In this document: positions 50,130 through 62,954 of the stretch, piece after piece
How positions within the stretch are numbered: the first letter of the stretch is position 1
Layout of the letters: every line of letters starts with the position of its first letter
Assembly: GCA_030390025.1 (NCBI GenBank)
Contig: CM059452.1
Span: forward strand, 10,106,001-10,170,000
Direction: 5' to 3'
DNA length: 64,000 bases
DNA from: Squalus acanthias
Lineage: Eukaryota
Translations under genes and position numbers: made by a program
The notes under the pieces: generated by a model
Database searches by the model: none
Told to the model about the DNA's origin: nothing
The model's input: the letters and a program-made list of their open reading frames with translations, nothing else

Positions 50130-50674
50130 CACAGTGAATAAAGACCATTGAACCGAATATAAAAACAGGGCATAGGTCGGCATCAATGGTTGGGCTTCAG
50201 CAAAATACCAGGGACTAAATCCCAGAGAGTTTGTGATGAAAACGAATGGGAAAATAAAGCCTGATCCGTGCGGTTTTCTTCAGTTAAAGTCATTGTTGTC
50301 AGTGTTGGGATAAATTACATTTCTCTAACATTTTAATCCAGGGTCCAATTCAGAGATTTCCAGCTGCCTGTTAGCACAGACCTGCAGATTTTTCGGATGA
50401 ATAACAGGATCAATCTCTACAAGTAAAAGTCCTGGATAAGGATCAGATCCGTCAGGTGTCATCATTCAAAAGTGATCTAATCTCAAATGAAAACGGAAAT
50501 TTGAGGTAAGGTTACAGGCGAATGGCAGACAGACCCGCCCCGAGCTGTTGGGGCCAATGACGGACTTTGACAGACTCACGAGTCTGAAACCAACAGACCG
50601 TTTGAAGTTTGGAAGGTGCTGAAGGTTCATTAAAGGAATGTTTATTCAGTCGTTTTCGTTGCAGCCGTGGGGGA

Positions 50675-50944
50675 ATGTATTTCTGTTTAACTGCCCTGAT
50701 TTAATTCTCAGGGAAATGTTGAGAGTGACGGGCTGATTCTGGGGGAGACGATGTTCAGTTGCACTGTAATTATACAGCTATAAGCACCAGCACTCCTTAC
50801 CTATACTGGTACCGTCAGTATCCCAGCGGATCCATGGAGTATCTGCTGCAGATAAACAAATACAGCGAGAACGAAGGGACAGTTCCAGGGGTCCGTTTTT
50901 CAGCGAAGCTCAATGATTCGATCCGAACCGTCCCGCTGAATATG
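50675..50944 (+). pseudogene. V segment V18 (family J) with internal and 3' deletions
   Basis: Leader with TAA and dead donor; intron/FR1 deletion; VQLHCNY...LYWYRQ...RTVPLN then joins sequence homologous to 20531 onward; no RSS. Confidence 0.85.
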
Positions 50945-51282
50945 AGAAAGGAATCACTGGACACCGGGGAAAGCGGGAGGGAAAACATACTGACTGGAAC
51001 CTGTGCACACACAAAGATCACGGGCATCCAGCATCAGTTGAACTGAAAGGAAATAAAAGTCAGTTTTTGTGAATGCGGATTGAGGGTTGTTGTTGTTTAT
51101 TGTGGGGATCAGAAAGGGTCAAATCTCCCAGCGAAAACTGTGAATTTACAAGCTCCACTTCATCTTCTTTATGTTTCTGTCCCTGTAAGTTTTGATGTAC
51201 AAGGCTCGACATTCACCATCAGCATCACCGCAACACACCTCCCCAAAAGTGGACACTGGGAACTGGCCCATACACACACATA

Positions 51283-52894
51283 GGGCTGGATTTTGATACT
51301 GGGGCGGGTTGGAATCGTGCCATCCGCATTTCGTGTTATCCATCCGCCTGCAATTGGATGTGGGAGATTGATGCAATTTTCACTTAATTGGGCAATTGAG
51401 TTCCAGCATGTGGGAACCCATGAACCAATTAGTGGTTTCAGTCTGAAAGTCGCCTTTGATGATGTCATCATTGCAGGTCAGAGACTGCCCGGTCTCAGAG
51501 ATTGCCTGGCTTTTGCTGTGAGAGGACCTGGATGCAAAATGAGCAGCATCTCAGAGAGAGAGAGAGAGAGAATTATTTTGCAACCAAGTCCTCCCACGCA
51601 GTCTCTGAAGACATTCAATGGGCTGGATTTTGAATGACCCGTGGAGTCGGGGTTGGAGTCGGGGGGGGGGGGGGTTAAATTTGCAGATTCGGGGGTCCCA
51701 ACCCCATCCCGACTCCAACCCGCCTCCATGCCAATTTCTCTGGCGCCGGGTACCCGACCTGGTCTGAGACCCGACTCCCCGAGGCGGGAAGTGATTAGTG
51801 ACAATTAACTGCCTGTTAACAGGTAGTTAACAGGCAGTTTTTTGCATAATCCCTATTTTAAAAACAAAAGTGAGGGCTTCCCGACAGGTGGCAAACACTC
51901 CAAGTTATCGGGTCGGGCCGTGGGTCTGCAGGGGTTGGAGGGGTCGATATGTCCGGTGGGCAGGTGAGTGATGGGTGCATGTGTACAGAGGTAAGTGTAT
52001 AAGGTAAGTGCGAAGTGTTGGAAAAAGTTTTACTTACCTTAACTTCCTCCTGCAGGTGTCAGCCCTTCAGTTCTCGGGAGTTAGAAATCTCACCGGCACA
52101 GAAAGCAGGAAAGCCGTGGACCTGTCAAAAACAGCAGCCTTCTGTTTTCTGTGCTGGAATGATTTCTAACTCAGCCTGAAAGGAAGGACTGAAGTTAGAA
52201 ATCATATTGTGAGTGTTTGACAGCTTCACAGAGCTGTCAAACGCTGATATTTCATCTGTCAAAAGCTCTTGACAGATGAAATGTCAGTCTGTGACGTCAC
52301 CTGTTGCCGGGTGGCCCTTAATTGGCCTGCTGAGCCCACTGGGCAGGCTCAACAAGGTCAATCAAGGGAAAATACAGTGGGTTGGCCACATCTCGATGGA
52401 GGCGGATTCACAAGCCAGAATGTGTGATTCCCGACCCCAACACGACTCCAACTTCAAAATCCAGCCCAATGCAGCAGCATCAGAGGCAACTTTCAGACCT
52501 AATACTACTACTACCTTCATCACAATACTACTACTACCTTCATCACATCTCCGTTGTAATAGTGGACCTGCAGCTGATAGTCAGCTATCCACTTGTGCTC
52601 CCGCCAGGTTTCACTGGCGTGTTTCACATCAGGCGTACTTCACGTCGGAAAAGGGTTAAACTAGCTAAACCGTTTCAAAATGGCATTACAGAGCCAATTT
52701 AGGGCTTGTTAAGGGCTTTAATGGCTTCTCCCGCCTCTTGGAGGCGGGACAGAGTCGGGAACCCCGCGACCGATTTTGTCAAAATTGCGTGGAGGCGGAA
52801 TGGAGTCGGGATGGGATCGGGACCCCCGAATCTGCAACTTTAACCCCCCACACGCCTCCAAACCCGACTCCACGGGTCATTGAAAATCCAGCCC
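51283..52894. mobile_element. Composite MITE insertion with GGGCTGGATTTT termini
   Basis: Left ends at 51283 and 51620, right ends at 52467 and 52894; >100-bp imperfect TIR between 51620 and 52894; absent at the paralogous site near 20850. Confidence 0.78.
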
Positions 52895-54134
52895 TTATTG
52901 TCTGTTTTCACTAAATATCCGAACAATGTAAAAGGTCTCATCGTATCCGCCAGAGGGCGCCGTGGTCGCAAGGTTCTCGCTGCTCCCTCGGCACTCGAAC
53001 CATTGTTCTTCCTGATTTGTGTAAACGCATCACAATTTCAAAGCCTATTGCGTTTGTGTTCGTGCGATTCAGCAAAGTTTCCCCCCATCTCTTTTAATTG
53101 TCAACTATTCATCGTCACAATCTTTACCACGCTTATGAATTATTTCCTTATACTGCAAATCTTAAAGCGACTGCGAGTGACATCTTTGGTCGCTGCCGTT
53201 TGAAAAAAACCCTTATATATTAAAATCTGGAATGAAGGAGACACTCAGAGAGATGGGACTGTAACCCGGGTGAGGAGTATCTCCCGTGTCAATAAGAACC
53301 ATTTCCCTTCCCATGTGATTAATTGCAGCACAGTGGAATGGCGCCTCCTGTGAGTTTCAGGCAGACATTAATCTAACGGGTTCAGCAGATATTTGGGGAA
53401 GGGGCTCATGTTCCCCTCCGAGCAATTACCAACACAGTCGGTTGATGGCGGTAAGCTATTATCTCGAAGTGACAATATATCGGTTTGAAAGTAGATGAAG
53501 CTGTTGTTTATTTCAATCACTGCCACTAATCAGACTGAGGTGGTTGACGGGGAGTCGGGTTTGATTAACCTGCTGGGGACCCATAGTGGGAAGATTTCCT
53601 CCGGTCTCTCTCTGGAAATCTCATCCACAAGTTGTTTTAACGAAATCGCAAGCTGATTATTTTAGAATGCGTTCACTATTTCGTTAGAAATAGCGACCAG
53701 AGTAAATCTACCGCACAGAGCGGATAGTTCAGTGTAAACAAAATTGTTACGGGAGAAGGAAGTTAATGCTCTCGGTGAGCCGTCACACACCGACATAAAA
53801 TAAACAAACACTCAGTGTGACCAATTCGGGCCCATTAAATAAATCCCCAAACCTCAGCAAAGCTGAAATTTTCTTCACACCATAGGCAGCGCTCACTGAG
53901 TGATTGGCTCCAGCTTCTGATACTTTATACTGTGGTTCAAAGGGTTTCAACTGAGCCATGAGCCTCACTTGAATCTCATTTCAATATATGGCGGGTGTAT
54001 TGGAGAAGGTGTCATTGGAGGGGAACAATGAGAGCAGGAAGTGACGTTGGACCAATAGGAGCATCTGACGAGGTCGATTCCGGTCCGGAATTGGGCTTTT
54101 CAAGAGACCGACAGGTTCGGGCTCGGCAGCGGCC

Positions 54135-54591
54135 ATGCGGATATTCAGCGCCTGGGCTGTGTTTGGGGTGTTTATTGTCGGTAAGGATCAATCCAATCAT
54201 GTCGTGTTCAAACTGAAGTGTTAATATTATTTAAGCTTTTAATACTCGGTCTTATCTTGCTCCTGAACACATGTTACAGATCAGAGTCATGGTGATTCTG
54301 TTACTCAGACCCAGACTTCAGTCAGCAGGGGAGAAGGTGAAGCGGTGACTATAAGATGCACCTATAGTACCACAGCCAACGACTATTATTTATATTGGTA
54401 CCGGGAACAACCAGAGAAGCAGCCCCAGTTTGTAATAAGGAGACGTTCTTGGGACACATAGGAACGGAGAGGAAATGGTTTCGGAATCCGTTTCTCTGCT
54501 CAGCTCCAGACCGCGACTAAATTCACCAGTTTAGCCATCTCCGGGCTGCAGCTGACTGACGCTGCCGTGTATTACTGCGCTCTCTGGGACT
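54135..54591 (+). pseudogene. V segment V19 (family A), stop in the CDR2 region
   Basis: Leader 54135-54180; V exon from 54280; TAG 54459-54461; ends YYCALWD; RSS CACAGTG 54592-54598, 23 bp, ACAAAAATT 54622-54630. Confidence 0.9.
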
Positions 54592-56114
54592 CACAGTGAT
54601 GGAAAGCAGTCTCACTCCCGTACAAAAATTGCCATTGGACGGTAGGGCGGAGCTCCTGTCTGTTGGGGTTGTGTAGAATCGCGGGCAGATGCAGCCACAA
54701 TGTGCAGCGCGCTGTCAGGCGCTCAAACAAAAACCGAGAGGAAACCAAATTAACCTCGAATCAAACTGTCACCCAACTGAATCCAGGAGCGGTCGAGAAA
54801 ACAAACTGCAGAATCCAATCGGACCAAATGATCGATCAGAGAATGAACCGACCGGTTAAACTGTCCTTTCTGCTTCTAATCCGCTGTTTTCCCTTTAAAA
54901 TCATGGATCGATGTTCAGATTTGCTCCGAGAAAGTGGTCGCTTACACTTAAACGTCACTCAAATATCGCCGAAACAAGTCACCCAAACATGGCCGACGGC
55001 ACGTCACTCAAACATGGCCGACGGCACATCACTTCAACATGTCCGACAGCACGTCACACAAACATGGCCGACGTGCGTCACACAAACTGCAGACTGACGT
55101 CACGCAAACACAAAGCGGGAGAGTCTAACGCTGACTGAAGCTCAATGTTACATTGCATATTCTTCAAGATTACAGAATAGAAATGGGAGAAATGATTAAT
55201 TGTACTTCAGTCATCTTTAATGCTTTGACGCCGATGATCCCTTCTGGCTGTACACGTGAATAAGTACCGTCTACAGCAAGTGCAGATTGACGTCACAGAG
55301 ACTGCAGACTGACGTCACAGAGGCTGCAGACTCACGTCATACAGACTACAGCCTGCACGATGTCACCAGGGGACATAGGAATACGAAAGTCTGGGCTTGT
55401 GAAGGGAATGGAGGTGATGGGGAGAAATGAGCGAGAGGACAAGCAGAAAAGATGGGGATAAATAGACGGAAAAAGCAGATGGGGAACGGAAAAACAAACA
55501 GTAGGTTCAAATTCTGAACTGGAACAATAAAAGTGATTGATTGAAAGGAATATTTGATCAATGTACTCGTGCAGGTGAGTGAGCACCCCCTCGGTGGATC
55601 AGCCCCACCCATGTCTGCTCTCCATGTTTAAATATCTGAGCATTGTACATATACAAGTGAATGAGGCCCCTCACTGTGGACCAGCTCAGTGTCTGTCTGC
55701 TCTCAATGGTTAAAGATTTGAGCAATGTTTCTGTGCAGGTGAATGAAGCCACCTCCATCGGTCAGCTCTTTGCCAGTCTGTACACTTTGAGAGGGAGATA
55801 GATAAAGGTGAGAATGAGTACAGTGAGACAGAGAGACACCAACAGAGGGAGATTGAATCAGCCGTGTATTTATAAATATAAAGTCACAAAAAGGGAACAG
55901 TTTAATAAGGGTTGTGCTGACTATTCCCCCATGAGGATAACCCCGGAAGCCGTGCAGCGCGGTAAAGGGATTGGCACTGTTCTGTGTAATACAAATGGAT
56001 AATGAGAAGGCTGATTAAACAAAGCCTGACTGAGGTAGAGTGACTCACACGGACACAGGCAGAGAGAGTGACGCTGGCTGAAACTCAGGGACACACAAAC
56101 AGACTGCAGACATT

Positions 56115-56940
56115 TTTTTATTCGTTAATGGAATGTGGGTGGCGCTGGCAAGACCAGCATCTATTGCCCATCCCTATTTGTCCTTGAGAAGGTGATGGTG
56201 AGCCGCCTTCTTGAACCGCTGCAGTCCGTGTGGTGAAGGTGCTCCCACAGTGCTGTTAGGGAGGGAGTTCCAGGATTTTGACCCAGAGACAATGAAGGAT
56301 CGGCGATACTTCTAAGTCAGGATCGTGTGTGATTTGGAGGGGAAGTTGGAGGTGGTGGTGTTCCCATGCACCTGCTGCCCTTTTCCTTCTGGGTGGAAGA
56401 GGTCGCGGGTTTGGGAGGTGCTGCCGAAGAAGCCTTGGCGAGTTGCTGCAGTGCATCTTGTAGATGGTACACACTGCAGCCACGGTACGCTGGTGGTGGA
56501 GGGAGTGAATGTTTAAGGTGTTGGATGGGGTGCCAATCAAGCGGGCTGCTTTGTCCTAGATGGTGTCGAGCTTCTTGACTGTTGTTGGAGCTGCACTCAT
56601 CCAGGCAAGTGGAGAGTATTGTATCACACTCCTTACTTGTGCCTTGTTGATGGTGGAAAGGCTTTGGGGAGTCAGGAGGAGAGACACTCGCCGCAGAATA
56701 CCAAGCCTCTGACGTGCTCTTGTTGCCACACCATGAGCCAGTTAAGTTTACATAGAACATAGAGCAGTACAGCACAGTACAGGCCCTTCGGCCCTCGATG
56801 TTGTGCCGAGCATTGTCCGAAACCAAGATCAAGCTATCCCACTCCCTATCATTCTGGTGTGCTCCATGTTCTTATCCAATAACCGTTTCTGGTCAATGGT
56901 GACCCCCAGGATGTTGATGGTGGGGGATTCGGCGATGGTG
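56115..56940 (-). mobile_element. LINE 3' fragment (same family as 8985-9872) with a ~135-bp young CR1 3' end inserted at ~56750-56885
   Basis: LNIHSLHHQRTVAAVCTIYKMHCSNSP motif; the insert matches 15555-15686. Confidence 0.85.
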
Positions 56941-57261
56941 TGGACATTAGTGAACTAAATCGTTTTTTACAACAATACGATAGTTTCATGGTTACCATTA
57001 CTGATACTAGCTTTTTATTTCAGATTTATTTTAATTAACTGAATTTAAACTGATAGTTCAGGGAAGTGACGTTGAGGTAGAAGATCAGCCATGATCTTAT
57101 TGAATGGCGGAGCAAGCTCGAAGGGCCAAATGGCCGACTCCTGCTGCTATTTCTTATGCTTTTATGTTCTTAGTCTTTTGTATTCAGTCGGTCCTCTGAC
57201 TATCTGGCACGGAGCCAAGAACACACCATTTGTGTCCTTAGAGATTATTATTCGATTAATG

Positions 57262-57344
57262 AAAGGTCATCGACCTGAAACGTCAACTCTCTTTCTCTCT
57301 CCACGGATGCTGCCTGGCCTGCTGAGTTTTTCCAGCGTTTTCTG
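57262..57344 (+). mobile_element. 83-bp retro-insertion with 17-bp TSD (Penelope-associated fragment)
   Basis: TSD ttattattcgattaatg at 57245-57261 and 57345-57361. Confidence 0.7.
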
Positions 57345-57893
57345 TTATTATTCGATTAATGTTTGTTCATCAGCTTCTTCTCTTGTCCTGAATTTGACCT
57401 TCTGGAACCTGCTTTTACTGCAGATTTCACTTTATATATGGGCAAGTCTCTGTAATTTTGAGAAATGTTCAATAAAGTTATTAGAATTATACGGGTCTTC
57501 CCCACCCGACCTATCTCTGTCTACATTGTAGACTGATATTTTAAACCAATCATTATTTGTCCGTATGCCGTGCGTTATATCCGAAGCACCTGTTGCAGTA
57601 CCCGCAGGTGTGTTTATTCTCAATGGGACTGGCGCTTCCTAAAGATACAGAAATACACATCAACCATTTTTGATCTCATGCAGTTAATACAATAATCAGA
57701 CGGAATCATTATTCGATGTGAACGGTTTTATATGAGTTTTATGTGGATTCTGCTCGGGGTCTGCGCGCACAGGAATGTAGTCACGTGTCAGTGTCTGACC
57801 CGCTGTGATAAAAAGCCCACAACAGGCAGCAGCTGTGACACAGAAACCTGCGGCAGTTATTGGACGAGGCTTTAGCTCGTTCCCATCACTGTG

Positions 57894-58197
57894 AGCCTCA
57901 GTGCACAGTAATACACCGCGGTGTCAGTCAGCCGCAGCCCCGAGATGGTCAATCGGTACAAATTGTCTGACGTGAGGACTGTATCAGAAAACCGGCCTTG
58001 AGCGAAATCCGCCTGATATTCAGAACCGCCGCACGTGTACCTCCGGACTGCAAACTCGGGCTGTGTGCCTGGGTAATGGCGGTACCAGAATAAGTAATAA
58101 ACATCGCCGGGATAGGTGTAGGCTAAAGTGGCATCTTCTCCCTCTGTCTGTGTGAGCGAGGACTCCCGCTGAGTAACAGAATCTCCATCGCTCAGAT
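57894..58197 (-). pseudogene. V segment V20 (family L): open exon lacking the first Cys and a leader
   Basis: Manual translation LSDGDSVTQRESSLTQTEGEDATLAYTY...LFWYRH...RYTCGG...DTAVYYCALR; RSS CACAGTG 57893-57887, 23 bp, degenerate CCAATAACT; CR1 3' end at ~58290-58555 where the leader would be. Confidence 0.85.
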
Positions 58198-59281
58198 CTG
58201 GATCACATGGTTAAAGAAAGCGGAAATCATCGACTAAAGGTTCAAACTGAACCAACTGACGGTGAAAATGCGCAGCGAGTTTTACATAAAATTAAATAGA
58301 ATTTACTGCACAGAAAAATGTAATTTGTCCCAACCAGTCTATGCCGTGTTTATGCTCCACACGAGCCTCCACCCAGCCTTCTTCATCTCCCCCTATCAAC
58401 ATATCCTTCTATTCCTTTCTCCCTCGTGTACTTATCTAACTTCCCCTTCAATGAATCTATGCTGTTCGCCTCAACTATTGCTTGTGGCAGCGGATTCTAC
58501 ATTCTAACCTTGGTAAAGACGTTTCTCCAGAATTCACCATTGGATTTTTTGTGATTATGTAGATGAAGATGTTCAGCGTGTTTCTCTCACTGTCGGTAAT
58601 CAGGCTGAGGTGGTTGACGGGGTTCGGGTTTGATTAACCTTCTGCTGGGGACAAACAAGGGGAAGATTTCCTCTGGTCTCCCAAACACAGCGGGAGATCT
58701 CGTCCGATCGCTAGTTTAGTAGAACCGTCATTCATTGTTTTAGAACGCGTTCACTATGTCACTAGAAGTAGCGACCAGAGGAAATCTACCACTCAGAGCG
58801 GACACCTCGGTGTAGACACGAATATCACGGGAGAATGAGATTATTGCTCTCGGTGAGCCGTCACACACCGTCAGAAATTAAACCAACACTCAGAAAAGGG
58901 AAGGTTTAGAACCCTTTGAATATAATCCCAAATCTAAGCAAAGCTGCACACTTCTGTGCTGGTGTAAGGGGTGTGAAAATGAAGCAAACACAGCGACAGT
59001 GAAGAGGGAAACTTGAAATTGAACAGACATTACACGGTACATTGGCCTATTAAACCTGCGCGGGTTTCCTCCTGTTCATCCCTCATTATAGAGTGAATGA
59101 AATCTAAAACCATACTCCTCTATTAAGTGCTGCTGGGAGCTGCCCTGTCGGAATATTCTGTCCTGACAGTAACTGTCCTAATCAGACCATCACAGGCGGG
59201 TATTCCGGCCACACACTCTTCTATTTACACGCTGTGTGCTGCAGTTTTTGTACAGGACGGGCACAGAGCTGTGCAGCTGTG

Positions 59282-59725
59282 GGTCTCAGAGCGCAGTAAT
59301 ACACGGCGCCGTCTGACAGCTCCGCCCCAGAAATTGTCAGTCGAACCGCGCTCTCCTCTGCGCTCAGCTCTGCTGTGAAACGGTCCTTGGCGAAGTCAGC
59401 TGGGAAGGTGCCGTATTTGGTGATAAACAACATGTTCACCGGAGGCCGAGCGGGAAGTTGCCGGTACCAGAAAAGCTCAGGGTTTGTATCTGTTGTTTGA
59501 AAACTACAATTCAGCGTCACCGCTTCTCCTTCCCGCACCATCCTGGTCGAATAGTCTTGGTGCACGGAATCGCCGCCAACGCTATTGGCTGGAAGAGAAA
59601 ATAATCATTTACAAATATCCACACCACTAACCGGACCTATTGGTGTGTTTTCTACTCGGATTCCACATGTACTTACACAGCACAGAGAGCGCCAACACCA
59701 CACTGAAATAAACAGGGAAATACAT
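59282..59725 (-). CDS. V segment V21 (family M), apparently intact
   Basis: Leader 59725-59677 (MYFPVYFSVVLALSVL); V exon 59588-59282 to DGAVYYCALRP; RSS CACAGCT 59281-59275, 23 bp, ACAAAAACT 59251-59243. Confidence 0.9.
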
Positions 59726-60976
59726 CGCTGTCCGCGGGTCACAATATGAGCATCGACCCCTTCTCTGCTGTCGCAAAAACTGCCACCAGTACAGGACCAG
59801 GCTGAACTATTGAACCCTGTGACAGGCATAGAAAAGGAAGTGACCCTGCAACAATGTCACATCCGTTTGGGATAATTTCACACCATCAGGGAGCAGGGAG
59901 TGTGTGCAGCAACATCCGAAATATATCAATGGAGATTCCTCTGGTCGGTATTTTTGGGGAAATCATAAAATCTTACTTTTTGAATAACTTAATTTCACAA
60001 AAAACGTATTTAAGGTTCATTTAGAGGGAGAACAGAGTGAATCTTCGTGGAACAATGTACCATTCCCTGCACTCTGAGCAGAGAAACTATCCCCCTTCCT
60101 TAGTCATTTAGTTCATTGCATGTAGCAGTGGCATTTTACATAGACAGTGTTGAGCTGCCCTTAGCGTTACCCGGGGACAATAAATGATGTTTGATGTAGC
60201 AAATAACGACCGAGAGACTATGGAAATTCGCTCAACGGCGCCACCACTTGGACGGAGCCGGAAACTACATGCTGACTGCTCTCCTTGATCACTGTCACCG
60301 CCTCGTGTCTCTTTAACTCTCCTTCTGAGCTCATTTCATAGAAACATAGAATCTTACAGCACGGGAGGTGACCTTTGCCCCATCGTGCCTGTGCTGTTAG
60401 TGCCACTGCCCTGCTCTTTCCCCATAGCCCTGAAAATGTTTCCTTTTCAAGTATATATCAAATTCCATTTTCAAATTCCTTCTTATAGGGAAGGCAGCAT
60501 CCTACACAAGAGTTGCACCAATATATAGAGAGATAATGTGGACCTTTGGTCCGCGGAAATTGCTCGGTCCGCCTCTGTGTGTGTGTCTCCCTCAATCTCT
60601 ATGTAAAGATGAGAGATAATTATATAGAAAACTGAATAAAAGGAAGACAGAAGGAGGATGTAAAGTTTGGTTTGTAATATTGGAAAATAATGACCGGTTC
60701 AAACTGTTCCTGGTAACCTCGCCACAAGCAGGCTTTTTAACATCGATTCAATATACCCATTTGAGTTTGTTGTAAAGTGTTCGTGCAACAGAGCAGCAGC
60801 AGGTTATTGGTAAAGAGACGGACACAAGTTCCTCGCAGGTCTCTGTCTCTCTCTCACTGTGGAGGCTGAATTATCGCTTCTGGTTATCGGTGTGAGAGCG
60901 CCCTCTGGTGAGCACTAACTGGAACTCTCAGTGTGGAGTTTTTGTACGGGATCCGCTATATCTCTGCAGCAGTGTG

Positions 60977-61476
60977 GGTCTCATGGCACAGAAATACACG
61001 GCGGTGTCGGAGATCAGGACGTTGCTGATCGTTAGCTCGGTAATCGTGGTAGTTTTATTAAATGTAGAAGAGAATCGGTTGATGTCAGTGAAGTCGCGGT
61101 TCCTGTTTACTATCCCTGCAATAATATAAACCACGTACTGTGGCGGCTGCCCGGGGTGCTGACTGTACCAGAACACTGTAGGGGTTGTATCGCTTGTTTT
61201 CACGGTGCAGGTTAGAGTGACATTACTTTCCTCTTCAACTGTCATTTCAGGAACCGGCTGTTCCACTGTGTCTTGGCGGCTCCATTCTAAAATGACATAA
61301 TAGTAATATTCACCACCATCATCACCTCAATTAACATAATCATCATCATCACCATCATTTCACCAATACTATCTCCTGGGTTACAGCAGTCGGGAGAAGA
61401 ATGCATTTTTCCTGGGAAGGAAATACTTACTGAGAAGTGATATAATGATGAGGAGCGGTGCGAGGCGGCTCCGCAT
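60977..61476 (-). CDS. V segment V22 (family D), apparently intact
   Basis: Leader 61476-61431; V exon 61286-60977 to DTAVYFCAMRP; RSS CACACTG 60976-60970, 24 bp, ACAAAAACT 60945-60937. Confidence 0.9.
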
Positions 61477-62303
61477 GATGCTCCCTGAGTCTGTAACTCT
61501 GCAGTTCAGGAAATCCTCTGTCGGAACAGAAATACAGATCCCCGCCCCACTGCACTGCTAATCCAACCACTGCCACACAAGGAACAGAGGCAGCAATCCC
61601 TCCAATAACAAAGGGCAGGCAAGGCGGGTCAGAGCGAGAGCAGCAAACGGAAGCTGTGGGCGGGGCTGCCGCGGGCAGTGTTACCGCAAGATTTGTCTCT
61701 ATAATTTCCAGTTGATAACGGCCAGAAACATGTGACCACGCCGCCCTCTGGCGGTGACCCGGGACTGTACACTGTCAGCATCATGGGCAGAGTAAAGTGT
61801 CAGTTTATCTACAGGACAGTTGCCACCGGCTTGATATTGGGAGTCGCGTTTCGGACAATTCAACTGTGTAAATAGGGCGAAGGGAAATGTGAGTGAATTT
61901 AAAGAATTTTACATTATTTCTGAACCACTTTCTTTATGGCTTTCTCTTACCTTTTAGCTTTGTGTTTCTCACTCGTTATTTCTCACTTTCTTCCATTTCC
62001 CTATCCCTCCTTTCCTAATGTGCTGTCCTCTTACTCTCATTATTACACCGCTTTTTCTCTTTCTCTCTCTCGTTCTCTGCTTTCTCTTTCTTTTCCTCTG
62101 TCTCTGTTTCCAACTCTCTTCATTTCTCACTTTCTTTAAATCTCTCTCTTCTATATATCATCATTGATTCTCTGCTCAGTCCCTCTGCCCTCCGATTATT
62201 ATAACCGGGCCCCTCCCAATCCCGTTGCTCCAAACACAGCAGAGCGGCGCTCCCCCTCGGGGCAGGTTTCTGTGCGGACTCTCCGCCTGTTGGTTACAGT
62301 GTG

Positions 62304-62637
62304 GGCTCACGGCGCAGAGATAGGTGGCGCTGTCTGTCACTCGCGCGTCTCTCACAGTCAGGGCACTGAGTTTATTGCCTCCCCCGATTGAAGCAGTGAT
62401 CCTCCCGTGTTGATCGGTCCCGCTTGTGGCCATCACCAGATGCTGGAGGGTCTGATCCGGGTGCTGTGTGTACCAGTGCAGGACGGTAAAGGCAGCGGTA
62501 GCGGAGCAGTTGATGGACACGATTCTCTCTTCACTAACAACCACCCGCCGAGGGAGCTGCTCCACCTCAACTTCACCGCTCACATCCGTGCAGATCAGTG
62601 TGTAAATCAGCAGGGAATCTCTGTAAATCAGGAGCAT
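62304..62637 (-). CDS. V segment V23 (family E), single-exon leader+V, apparently intact
   Basis: MLLIYRDSLLIYTLICTDVSG contiguous with the V to DSATYLCAVSP; RSS CACACTG 62303-62297, 23 bp, ACAGAAACC 62273-62265. Confidence 0.88.
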
Positions 62638-62954
62638 TAACCGATCAGATGATGAAGATGCTGAAAGAGCTCGGGTTCGAACTAGGACACGGATATTATA
62701 TTCAGGGTAATTAACAAAGAGACAGACTCTCGCTTCTTGTCCAAAGCAGATGTTACTTTCTGTGAAACTAACGAAACAAGCTATATCTCTGGGTTTACCC
62801 ACCCCGGGCTGCCCACACTCTGTTTCTCACTGACACCAGCTCACACTGTCTCTGAGCTCACACCGGGCCGCCCACACTCAGTGTTTCTCACTGACACCAG
62901 CTCACACTGTCTCTGAGCTCACACCGGGCCGCTCACACTCAGTGTTTCGCACAA

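Noticed and set aside
57818-57848. Plus-strand RSS-like CACAACA...ACAGAAACC
   Set aside because: 15-bp spacing, poor heptamer and no adjacent coding segment
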